Source: Gonapodya sp. JEL0774
Taxonomy: Eukaryota
Assembly: GCA_027604505.1 (NCBI GenBank)
Contig: JADIIX010000081.1
Location: 62,001-101,202 of the forward strand
DNA length: 39,202 bases
Reading direction: 5' to 3'
The position numbers and the translations under genes were made by a program. The notes beneath the pieces are model-generated. The model was not told where the DNA came from. It saw nothing but the letters and a program-made list of their open reading frames with translations, and ran no database searches. The first letter of the stretch is position 1. The number at the start of each line of letters is the position of its first letter. This document shows, piece by piece, positions 1-13,600 of the stretch.

Positions 1-285
1 TGCAATGCAAATTTCGCGAATTAAATTAGAGTTGTTGTGTCTGCCGTCATGCAGTGTGATGGTATTTCCCGCCCCCTTAAATAATTAAAGTCTTTTATAC
101 AGCCGCCATCCGCTGCGCGACAACGGACTTGAGTGCGGGTTGATAATCTTGGGCTGCTCCGGCCGTCTCAGTCGGGCACTCAGTGGTGCTCAGTCCCTTA
201 GTTCCTGTGGACACCTGTGGACAAGCTCTCGATCTTTTCATTAATTAATTTGATTCACACACACGCGAAGTCGCCACCTGCACCG

Positions 286-3200
286 ATGAAGCTCGAGCGT
301 CAGATCAAGCTGCGGTGCGTGCATCTGCCACTTGCGACCTGCGCTGCCCCTCACCGTTGACACCTCGCCCCTCTCATCCAGTCTAGTCCTCCCCGTCGTC
401 CTGGGCATGCTCGTGCTTGGTGGGCTTCCTTTCCTTTTTCCCACCCAAGAGTCATTCCTTACCATTTGCATCAAGCACAGGGGCTGCCACCGTCGCTCTG
501 ATTTACACGCAGTCGTCCTCGTGGATCGACGAACTCGCATCCATCATCGATGACTTGCAAGTGCGTCAAACCAGGACATCTTCTCTGCTGTACTTTAACG
601 CCTCTTGTGAATCATTTCCAACCAACATTCATGTCAAAACTCAACGCCCCCAGATCACAGCCGTCCAGTCCCGTGCGTACGGCAAGGCCTCATTCGTCCA
701 GTCATTTGTCTCTTCTTTGGTCCTCGACGTGCGCGTGCTTGCTCTCTATGCCGCCTCGGCCACGCGGGGAACACTTGGGACCATAGTGCGGTAGGTCTAG
801 TCCCACACTCCTGCGCACCATGTACTTTATGATCTCTCACTCCGACTCTCTCCCATAATTTGGCGTATCACATTTCCATATTACTCACGTGTCCTGCGCC
901 CTGCCACCACAGACCGATCCCGTCATTCTTTCAGCTCCCACTGCTTGACTCGCCTTCCGTTGCCACACCGATGCCCCCAGAGACGTCCCGCCCTCTGTAC
1001 TCGTCGTACTGGTCCGTCAACATATCCACCTCGGCTGACCTGGCCGCGGCGGCCAACTCAAGCATGAACAGCACTGTTCTGGACATGGTGTTCAGACCGT
1101 TGTTCCTCGACAAGGTGAGTCGGACTTCTGAATATTGGACTTTGAGGTGAGAAGCGGGGAAAAAGGCTATGTGCCGTTGATAGTGTTCGGAAGGGGATTG
1201 CAGCAATTCCGGAGAGTGGACAATGAGCATTCGAGATGAGTTCGCCAGAGAAAGACCCATCAGATCCACGCACGGTTTGGCTCTGCGGGAAGAGGGAAAC
1301 TAAATTCCTTCATGTCCCTTGCCTGTCCTCGTCCCACCACAAAAAAACCGCTCACAACCCTTTCTCCCACCTGACCTCCTCACCGCACAGCCCGGCACCA
1401 ACCAGCTGTACACCGGCTTCTCCGACACAGGCATGCGCAAATTCCCTTACATATTCGCCTCGTCCCCGAACGCTTCGTTCCGGACCCAGCGCTTCTGCGA
1501 CGCGCCTGATCTGGACCCGTCGATTCGAGGAAAGGTGGGGTTCATTCCGGCGTGCCGTGGGTGGTACAGATCCGCTGTAGACGCGGTGCGGAACGCGTCC
1601 ACCACAAGCACGGTAAATACCGTGGATGGCGTCGGGCCGTGGGTCATTGTTTCGCCGTATGTGGACGCGACCACGGGGACGGTGATGTGAGTGTCCGGGT
1701 CTGCGCCTTGCGTGGTGGGGCACGGGGGTCTGTACGAGTACTGCCCCCGCAAGATCCTGACTGACCATCGCCCGGTTTGGGGCATTCGTGTGAAGCATCT
1801 CAGCATCGCAAGCGTTTCTCGACGCGAGCGGTGTCGTCGTCGGCGTGGCAGCGCTAGACGCCAACATGGACTTGTTCCTGTCGACTTTTTCGCAGAGTAG
1901 CAAGGTAGAGTTTGTGCCTCTGACTCAGGTCTAATGCAGTCAGCTTATCTGTGCGCCTCGACAATCGCCGGCCGCGGGCTTGATAGATCTTGGACAATGG
2001 GTACTTGCTTGTTATGGACACGAGTGGCAATCTTATCGTCTAGTGAGTGCACCCGACACCACCCAAGCACCCCCGTGCGCCCTCACGACGAAACAACAAT
2101 CACCCAACCACTCAGCGATCAAGCGCAAGCCCGGGCCAAAAATATTTCCATCTACACCTCCATCACCAACATCCTCTCCACCGACTTCCCGGGGGACGCG
2201 CCTTCCGCGGTGGCCTTCCTCGCCTCGGCGCAGCAATCGGCCACGACAAAAACGTCCACTACTTTCCTTCGCGGGGGACGTCTCTGGCGCCTCGCGGCGA
2301 CGACGGTCCCGGACACATCGTACCTCGCTGTCGCGCTCGTGCCCGTATCCGATCTACAAGCCCTATCGGACTCCATGCGTGCAAAGACCGCCACATTCGG
2401 TGCGGCAGCGACGGCCGTTATCGCGGTGCTCCTGGTGGTCGCGGCATACGTAGCGAACAGGGTCAGCGCTCACATTGCGGACAGGGTGCTGAGGCCCGTC
2501 AAAAATCTCACAGACTTCGTCAACCTCGTCACGTCGGGAAATTTGGATCATGAGCCTATTGTGAGTGCGGCGTTCGTGCGTTTGTGTGCGTCAATGATCG
2601 ACATCAATAAATGTCCCGCTCCCCACTCTCTGACCTCCCACCGCTCGAAAATCAGAACTATGGGCCCGTCAATACAGAGATCGACACCATAGGCAAGAAC
2701 TTCCGCGAGCTTCTGGTAGCAATGCGGTTTGGTAACACGGCGTATTACGCGGGAGATCTCAACAAGGCTCTCGACAGTGTGAGTGCTTTCTGCGTGCCAG
2801 TGTATTTTCTTAGAGCCACCATGTACTGAGTCGTCGCTCCCTCGTGGTTCAACATGCTAGTATCTGGCAGCGGAGAGGGTCATGACGGAATTCAACTCGG
2901 AGAGGGGAAAGGGAGTGTGTTGGAACAACCTCGGTAACGTGTACTCCCAGATGGACAGGTTGGTGGGCAACTCTCCCGTTATACTGGTGAAAAAGCTCGT
3001 TGGAGAAGTATTGACGATCAACGCTCCATTGTTCTTAGGCAGGATCTAGCTCTTATTCATTACAATAAGGCTATTGACAGTGGTAAGTGTCGCATATTGA
3101 TGACCTTTACCAAACTCTGAGCCTGCTTCCCCACCAGCTGAGCGACTTCTTGCCACCGAGCAAGATCCCTCCAAGCGAAGCGCTCTGCAAAGCACTTTAG

Positions 3201-4536
3201 CCGAACGACTCATGAACAAGGGCGTACTGTTCAAGGTCACAAACAAGCCTCCCGAAGAGTCCGTGGCGCTCTTCGAGCGAGCCATAGAGCTACACCGGCT
3301 CAATGACAGCGTTGATGGAATAGCACAGGTGTCGGGGAACTTGGGCCAGATGTATCTGGAGCGTAGAAACATGCCCAAGGCGGAGGAGTGCATTGTAAAC
3401 GCTTATACCGAAATCAAGGACCGACAGAGGCCGGTGGCGTTGCAATACGCGGCAATGAACATGTAAGTGACTTGTGTGACGACATGTGTCGGATGAAGTA
3501 CTGATATTGACGGTTGTGATGGAACAGGGGTCTTCTTGCTGAAGCACAAGGACACAAGGAAGATGCACTTGCATGGTTTTTATGTAGGCAACCCAAAATG
3601 CTGTGATTTTTTCCCCTGTTTGTGCTGATTCTCGAACTCAATACCATGCTTGAAAGATGTGCTCCAGCGTTTTGAAGTCTCTGTCCATTATGTGCAGAAA
3701 AAGTGCACACAGGAAGTGATTCGGCTCTGTCAAGATCCCGCGATCAACAAGCCCGACATAGCTCAAACCGTATTCAAAGTTGGCCGATCGATCTTTCCTG
3801 ACCTTACCATCGATGGTGCACTAGCACCCATTGGCCAAGTCACAACTCACATTGATCCACAAGCTAATGTGGGTGCTCGTAAAGTCGCATCGCTACCTAA
3901 AATGACGTTTTTGATATTCGTTTTCAGGTCCAGATGCGCATGCTCATGGCGGGGCGCAAGGATCTTGCTTTTACGTTGGATGTTTCAGGCTCTATGAGCG
4001 GCACGTTCATTCATCAATGTCGCACCTCTATCAACGAAATCATTTACAATCATTGCGGGCAAAATGATCGGGTGGCGCTTCTTGTGTTTGATAGCACAGT
4101 CCGACAAGTGTTCGATTGGACGTTGGCAACCGACCGACAGAAGGCGGTCATGCGCAATCTCGTTGATAACAACACTCCAATTGGAGGAAGTACTGCATTC
4201 TGGGATGCACTTATGGCTACCGCCAAGCGCATGGCGGCAGTTAAAGATCACAAAGGCCGCTCGCTCTGGATCTGCACCCTCACTGACGGAGGGGACAATG
4301 CGTCAAACAGCACGTCTAAGAGTGTCATCGCTGAACTCCAAAGATTGCCTCAGGTGGGCCTCATCGCCATCACAGTCGGAGCCCTCGGCAATGAGGCGGA
4401 GATTCGCAAAGTGTGCGAGGCTAGCCGTAATGGGGGTCTTTTCATTCGCGCCGATGCGTCTGGGCAGGGCATCCAATCCGCGTTTAGGGCCGCGATTCAG
4501 CACATGGAGGATTATGCTGTCCAGCACTTCAACTAA
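286..4536 (+). CDS. Receptor-like membrane protein, TM1-dCache_1-TM2-HAMP-TPR repeats-vWA (~952 aa, 16 exons)
   Basis: Hand-spliced exons, all GT-AG and phase-consistent: 286-314, 382-419, 481-560, 654-790, 913-1114, 1391-1686, 1796-1904, 1987-2042, 2116-2560, 2656-2778, 2861-2958, 3039-3082, 3138-3462, 3528-3583, 3657-3868, 3928-4536. TM1 is LVLPVVLGMLVLGAATVALIY. Cache motifs: LYTGFSDTGMRKFP, GFIPACRGWY, SPYVDATTG, VVGVAALD, NGYLLVMDTSGNLIVY. TM2 is FGAAATAVIAVLLVVAAYVA. HAMP: RPVKNLTDFVNLVTSGNLD..EIDTIGKNFRELL. TPR helices: GNTAYYAGDLNKALDSY, WNNLGNVYSQM, SGNLGQMYLE. vWA has a full MIDAS (DVSGS, GGST, LTDG). Confidence 0.88.
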
Positions 4537-5605
4537 CCTGACTTTTTTTTTTAATGGGTGAAATACTATGCTTCTTGAAGAGGGAGAGGTTTGGTATGAT
4601 TCGTACTGTATAATTATGTTTAAAATGAAGTATATACTATGAACCGGTGGGTTTCAAAATTAGAATTGGAGGGCCATCCGGAGAGCGTGGGGGTGTCAGA
4701 TGTTGAAGGGGATCCTGCTGTACGAGTGATTCTGTTTGTGTGCGATGTTGTGGAGGCTGTTGTCGCATCGGGGAGCAGTACATACTCGAAAACAATGAAA
4801 GTTGCTGCTTGTGGAGGTTGCTGTTCGAGACTCACCAGCAGCAAACTCGAGAGTGAGCGACTTCGTCGTCAGGACTCAGGAGTGAAGTCTCCGGCAACAT
4901 CAACATGCAGGAACGCCAAAATACACCGAATCTTTCTCTTTCGGCAAGGTGTGCTTTCTGGTGTATTTTGGCAAGATTACATTCCACTACGGTCCCAGTC
5001 CGCGCGATACGATCACCACAGGTTGATTGTGGCATCTCGGAGAAGACCATCTGGAACTACAACTAAAACAGTCTATCCTAAGAAGATTTCGAATGCAGGG
5101 AAGGACGGCCACCTACGCGACCTACTCCACAAACTCAACCTTGGGACCCGGAACAAGACAGCACCGCGAGAATGAAAACAACGCTAAGAACTGAGATCAC
5201 GTAGTATCGCACTGAAGGCTCAGCTCAAGCGATCTGTCCTGACTTGACCTCTTAATCTATCACCCATCAGGAGCTATCCGCCGTCGCTGTGATGGGGGTG
5301 GGTTCAGTCCGTGTTGCCGAAAGGGAGAGTGCCAGGGTATGATCCAAAGGCGTTCCATGCACAGTCCGTCACCGCGTTCCGCTTCATAGCTCTGTTTTGG
5401 CAATGCTGACGGCTTTAAAGAACGGGCGGGAAGCGAGCGGCTGAGGCCATGGATATTTCTTCATTGCTTACTGACGCAGATATGCATCTGGGCCGCATGG
5501 ACGAATCAGCTACATGCATTCTGGGAACGTGATAAATGATACTGGCACTTACAAATATATATTACACAATTCAATTACACCGAAAAGAGAAGGACAACCT
5601 ACAAA

Positions 5606-7507
5606 CTAGGCGGCTGAGCCTGGCACACCACTCTCTGACAATTCGACAGTTTCATCAGACAGAGGTGGCAGGTCGGGAACCTTGACTACAACGTTCTTTG
5701 AGTGGACAGTGCTGTTCCAGTCTGGCATCTCACTGTTCTTGTAAAATGGGTTCGCCTTCCCTTGGGGAGCTTTCGTGGTTGCGCGCAGCGCCTCGATCAT
5801 CGAGTAGAACCTCTGAGATAACTCTTCAGTCTCGTCAACACGTGCAAGGGAGATGCCTGTGCTCCCTCCCTGGTTGGGATCAACACCAGCGAACAAATCG
5901 CTTTCGCCCATGTTGCGGCTGATCTTCTCGGATTCTTTACTGAGTCGAACGAGAGGCTGTGCGGCAGAGTTTGCGAGGATGGCGACGGAGGTCTTGAGAG
6001 GGACGAGGGAAGGAGCCTGTAAGATCGAGCGACGTCGCAAAGTGGAACGATGTGGCTCTTACCGAGACAATGATCAAGACGGCAAAGAATATGCCCACTG
6101 AGATGCCGCTGTGCGTTGCCAAGATGCTGTTCATCCGCGCTTGAACGTTTTGGACGGGGATGTTGACCAGAGCCATCGGGAACGCTGACACAGACACGTA
6201 TGAGGGGCTCGTCTTTCCGTTGGTGATGTTCAGCACTTTATAAACCTGGGGTCATCGAACCATGAGCTCCCACAAGAAGGCGAACTCGCGAAAGTCGCAA
6301 GACCAACGACCACTTACAACAAGATAGTTGTCGCTGGAACTTGGGTCCTTGTATACTTCTGACGTGGCAACACCTGGACTTGCACTTATCATCCGATTCC
6401 AAAGATCGGCGTTGATAGTTGGATTCGTTGCATTTCTGTACGTGAAGGGGCCCTCCGCTGTCCACGTCTTCAAGTTCCAAGAAGGATTTGACAGCGCAAT
6501 TCCATTCATCTGGTACAGCGACATGGAGCCGCCCTTGACTGCTTGCGACTCCAGTGTCGCCTTCAACGTGTCAATAACGACGTCGACCCCAGCGACTCCT
6601 ATTATGGCGCCTGATGACGCGTTCCGGATCAATGACGAGACGGTAATCTCCCATCCCTGGCCAAAAGCATCGCGGTATGGGTCCGTCACGACGTACGTGG
6701 AAGTTGGATTGGCCTTTGCGTCCTTGTACCAAGGACGCAGTCTCGGGTCGTAGCCCGTCTGGTTTCTGCTGTCGCCCGTGCCTGGGTACCGACGGTGAAC
6801 GCCACCTTCCTCGAATCCGACGTACAAAGTGATCACATTGGGGTTCAGTTGGTACGAAGACCGGAAGATAGGATCCATGTGGGCTGTAGCATCGACAATG
6901 GCCTGCTGAGCGAGGGAGAGAGCGGGAGGCTCATTTCCGATGACGTTTGGTATGAGGTAGGTTGAGTGCTGGAGCGAGATTGTCCACCCGGAATATCTAG
7001 AGCCTGTTGGGGAGACCACGGATCCTGCCGCCTGAAAAGGGAAGTTATGATTAGAGTGAAGAGAGAGCTGTTAACTTGACTTGGCGAGCAAACCTGAATG
7101 CCAGTGGAACTATCGAAATACGAAGGAACAGTCGCGAAAGGTTGATCGGTCCTGAATGTAACACCAGCCGCCTGACTGATCAACAATGAAATGCTGCGCG
7201 CTATCTTATTGAGGTCGTTTTCGAACAGAGAGGCTGCGTCGTTAACGCTTAGAGGAGGAAAGAAAGGTTAGATCGGTGCATCATTTGAAATGGATGATCA
7301 ACGCTATTACTTTGCTGTGAGTGCCTGCGTGAGCTGTGCGCTTAGCGCATCGTTCGTCGTGCTCCCGATATTCCCGATGATTGCGCCGAGAAATCCAAGC
7401 GACAGAGCTTCTACCAGGATGAGGAAACCCAGGGAAACGGCCAGGCCCACGATAATGAATTGTGTACGCAGACTATAGTCGGTCCATCGACTTTTGCTGG
7501 CCGGCAT
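5606..7507 (-). CDS. Membrane protein, TM1-dCache_1 (amino-acid-binding motif)-TM2-HAMP-like-short cytoplasmic tail (~544 aa, 5 exons)
   Basis: Exons 7507-7311, 7247-7094, 7031-6318, 6245-6063 and 5992 (alternative acceptor 6016)-5606 are phase-consistent. TM1 is FIIVGLAVSLGFLILVEALSLGFLGAII. Cache motifs: LYVGFEEGGVHRRYPG, GYDPRLRPWY, TDPYRDAFG, IIGVAGVD. TM2 is GISVGIFFAVLIIVSTSVAILA. HAMP-like segment QPLVRLSKESEKIS...DETEELSQRFYSMIEALR. Confidence 0.87.
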
Positions 7508-8155
7508 CTTTCAGACCGTTCAGCACAAGATCGCGCAAGAAAATTAAGTGCATCTTCGCTGTGGGCTAATATTAAGTCGTTCTGTGGACAGATCCTGCCG
7601 GCTGACCCGGCTGGCCACAGATGCCGGACTGAGCAAGACTCAGCGTGGAGTCGCAGACTGAGCTCAAGAATCTCGCGGGAGCTCGGGCCAGAGTGGGTCT
7701 ATGTTCCCATGAACTGTATGGAATTTTATTTTATTGCAAGTGGCATTTGCTAAATCCGGGAGTGGTGAGGAGAGACGTTGGCTTCTGCGGATTGCAACGA
7801 GCACACTGAACGCGAATGCAGCGAATACGAGACTTGTAGGATTAGTAGTGATGAGTGGAAATTTGTACATATGCGAGAATTTCTTGATTCTTGCTTACGC
7901 GGGGTACAAAACTTGATGACGCCGGAGTCATTCCACCACAAATGACATAACAACTCAGCTCTCTTTCTGTAGAATCCACCTCCATCTCCATTCCAATTCA
8001 TCGAAGCTTTTGAAAGGCGATCAGGACTTCGGCAAAGCTTCGAGTAGAACTCGTTGCGGTTACCTGATCATGACAAGGGGAAAGAAGGTCCCAACGACTC
8101 ATTCGCTGTGAATCATTGAGAGCAAGCACCACTGGACAACTCATCACTCGTCGAT

Positions 8156-10131
<1,976 letters not shown>

Positions 10132-10686
10132 TGATTGGGTGGTTGGATAGGACAAGGCCAAGAGGCTGTCTTGACCTGTTTCTTTATTACACGCGTGTGA
10201 GCAAAGGATGGCAACACATATGTGACACAACCATTGCGCTGATGAACTTTGTGAAGGAAGGTCTTTTAATCACTACTCGCAAGAGGAGGCGAGGGAATAC
10301 ATAGGACAAGCGAACTGATGAACTAGTTTGAGCGATTACGTATCGCGTCGTGGACATGATGTGCTGATAGATTGAACCGATACGGATCAAAGAACCAAAG
10401 TGCATCAGTTAATTTCAATGTGAAAATGCTTTTGGAGTCCCCCAATCGTTTTGCGAAAGCACAGACGACTAAGATGTTGAACTTTTACATGAGTAACTAC
10501 TTGTGCCGTGTGGCGTGTCAATACAACAGTTGTAACAAAACCGAACGTATGTGTTCAGAAAAATCCGCATGAAGCACTCAAAGGAAATGAAGATGGGTAC
10601 AAGCGGTGAAGAAAGCAAAATAGACATGCAACGTAAAGTAACCAAAGGGGTATAATAAGTTCCAGCAAAGGAGATGAAGCCCTTCA

Positions 10687-13600
10687 TCACTCACGTGCGC
10701 TTCTGGGGAAGAACCCTCCCTTCTCCGGCGCCGTCAGGGTCCTGTAAACCGAGCAGATACGATTGATATGAGACCAAGAGTGCAAGGATTCCAAATGTCA
10801 CTTTAATTCATACCCAAACAGCAGCCCGCCCTTGTACCGTCCCAGAATCTTGATCTGGTCTCCCGCATTAAAGGACAGCTCGTCCCTCCTAGAACGTTTG
10901 TGAGCCGACTTTGCGACAACGGTTTCAATTGGGCGTGGCTCGCACAGGGCGGGGATGTCGGTTGGAGTGTCGGCTCTGGCAAAACACACAAGCCAACGTT
11001 CGTGAGAAAACAATGGAATCCGACTCCTCAAGCCACCCCGTCAATGGATAATTGGCACTCACAAAATTTCCTCCAGCTTCTTGACAATGTCCGCAAACGT
11101 CGGGCGGCTCTCGACCTCAAACTGCCAGCACTCATGGATCAACTCCTTCAGTGGTCCAGGCATGGGCACAGCCGTATCGTCGCAGCAGGGACGCAAATCC
11201 CCGTCGATGATCCGGTTCCACAATCGCGCGTCAGGGACATCTCCGAATGGCCGTTCAAGCGTCCAGATCTGTGACACGAATGGGAGGTAAGCTCCAAACC
11301 CCATGCACGCAAAAAGCCCCGGAAGACCACGCTCACTTCAAACGCCGTCATCGCAAAAGCGTATACGTCTCCCTCCCGGGAGCTCGTGTGTTCTAGAAGG
11401 CGCTCCGGGGGCATCCACCGTGGGGTACCCACGCGCTCTGAAGGGTCCGCCCCGCGCGGGCGCGCAGCATCTTCAAGCTTGCTGTAGCCAAAGTCGCACA
11501 CGACGGCCACGCCGTCCTTGTCGACGAGGACGTTGCCAGCCTTGAGGTCCGCGTGCACGAGGCCAACGGTGTCCAGGTATGCCATCCCGCGGGCGATGTC
11601 GAGAAGCTGGGGCGGAGGGTGGGGGGTGGGGGGGTGGGGGGGGTGGGTTGTCGCGGGGTCGAGTCCTAATATCTTGTTGCTACCCCCGTCTTTCGCAAAC
11701 ATACCATTTTCACCCTCTGATACGTAGTAGTATTCACCGCCATCAAGTACTCCACGGCAGTGCCGTGCTCCATGAAGGGGGACACCAGGAAGGGGAGCGT
11801 GGTCGTCAGACACGCTCCAAGGAGGGGCAGCACGTTATCGTGCTTCAGTCGGGTCCAAATCTCGATTTCGGAAGCGAAGGCCTTGTGGGATGAGAGACAA
11901 AGTCAGCTATCATGACAACCCACCCGCATTTCCACAACCAAGCCTCACCGTGTACAAATCTCTCCCCATATCTCCCCTGAAAACGCGCTTCACCGCCACG
12001 GTCTTGTTGAGCCACAAGCCGCGGAACACCTCGCCGTAACCTCCCTTACCGATCAACTTGAGCAACTTGACGTCCTCCTCGTGCAGCCAGGGGGTGTCGA
12101 CCGAGTGGTGCGTGGATGAGAGCATGGTGGCACTTTATGGTGGGTGAATTCACGGGACGTGGGGCGGTGGGTGAACTTTGACACCACGAAGGCAGCAAGG
12201 TGATAGCTACATACAGCACACCCTGTAACTCCTCCACGATCCCATCAAACGTGAGTCCGTTTGAATTCTTGAGGGCGCCCTTACACCTCCTCAGCAAATC
12301 GACGAGCGCACGCGGGGCCTCCGGGTCCTCCTCCATCATCGCCAGGGTCCCCTTCTCCTTCCATATTCGACAGCACACCCGAGAGAACGCCACAACGTCA
12401 CCCTCGCAGGAGTCATAAAGGTCCATCTGCCGCGGGTACGTCAGGCACTGCTCGAGGTACTTGTATTCGTCTGTGACGAAGGCCGCGGTGGCTGCTGTAG
12501 GTGTACGTGACATGGGTCCGGAGGTGAGCCCGAACGAGGAGATCTGTGCGTGGCCCTGGTCGTCAATCACAACAATATCTTGATGGATGTTGCAGTGGAT
12601 GACGCCATTGCGGTGCAGGTGGCGGATGCCTTTGGCGATGTGGAGCATCTGGGGTTGGGTGGGTATACAACGACGTTTGTCAACACCCCCGTCGACACAC
12701 ATCGACAATGATTCTTTCAACCCCTACTGAAAACTACCTCAAGCCTTCTAACACTAGCAATCACGCCCGTTGAATCCCATCATACCAAGAGACTGCCAAT
12801 TCCCACCTCACCCAGCAAACCCCCAGAACAAACGCACCAGCTTTATCCTCTCTCTCCCCGCTGGCCTAAATCGTGCAATATATTCTCTCAAGGTGCCATT
12901 TCGCATGAGTGGAGAGACAATGTACGGCTGATATGCGTCGAAGCATATGCCGTACAGGCGGATGACGTTTGGGTGCGGCGGGAGGAGGGACCATGTGAGG
13001 GTCTCGTTGGCGAAGGCCTGGGTGAGTTGAGAAGTGGAGACGAGTATTGACAGCAGATTCGGTAGTGAGACAAATAAGAGAAGGGAGAGGAGGAAACCAC
13101 ATGGGAAAAAACCCACCCGGATGGCCCCGGTATCCTCGAGTGCCAGAACCTTGATGCCGACCTCGACGTCGCGCTGCCATACACCGCGAAAAACATGGCT
13201 GTACCCTCCCGAAACGATATAGTCGCCAAACTCGACTTCAAAGTGCTTGATGTTCCCCTGCACGCCGTCAAACAAGTACCGCCACTTCTTCTCGCCGGTG
13301 ACCCACCCCGTGAGCACGGACTCAGCCGCGCGGGGCAGGTATGGCACGCCATCAAACCATCCCGTGAGCACGGACTCGGTCGTGCGGGGCAGGTCTCCGG
13401 CTTTGCGGATCTGCGGTGTCATGGGTGAGGGGATCGGGTCTGCGAGTTCGTGCGTGGAGGACGTGGACGGTTCATGCGTGGTGATGCTGGAGTGGGATAA
13501 GTCGGAAGGCAGTGGGACTTGCAGGTAGGACGTGGGAGGAGGGGTGGGGTCGACGGGAGGAAGATTTGGGCCGGGTTTGCGGTCGATTTCCATCCGTGGC

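Noticed and set aside
286..4536. Calling gene 1 an alpha2delta (CACNA2D) or CACHD1 ortholog because it has Cache + vWA
   Set aside because: The vWA is C-terminal to TM2, HAMP and TPR rather than inserted in the extracellular Cache domain, and there is only one dCache unit.
4639..5175. 178-aa ORF between the two receptor genes as a third component
   Set aside because: No recognisable motif or convincing splice model on either strand; it lies in the convergent 3' region. Cannot be supported without expression data.
286..7507. Bacterial contamination or a prokaryotic chemotaxis/two-component operon
   Set aside because: Both Cache genes need many phase-consistent GT-AG introns; there are no che, His-kinase or response-regulator genes and no operon structure.
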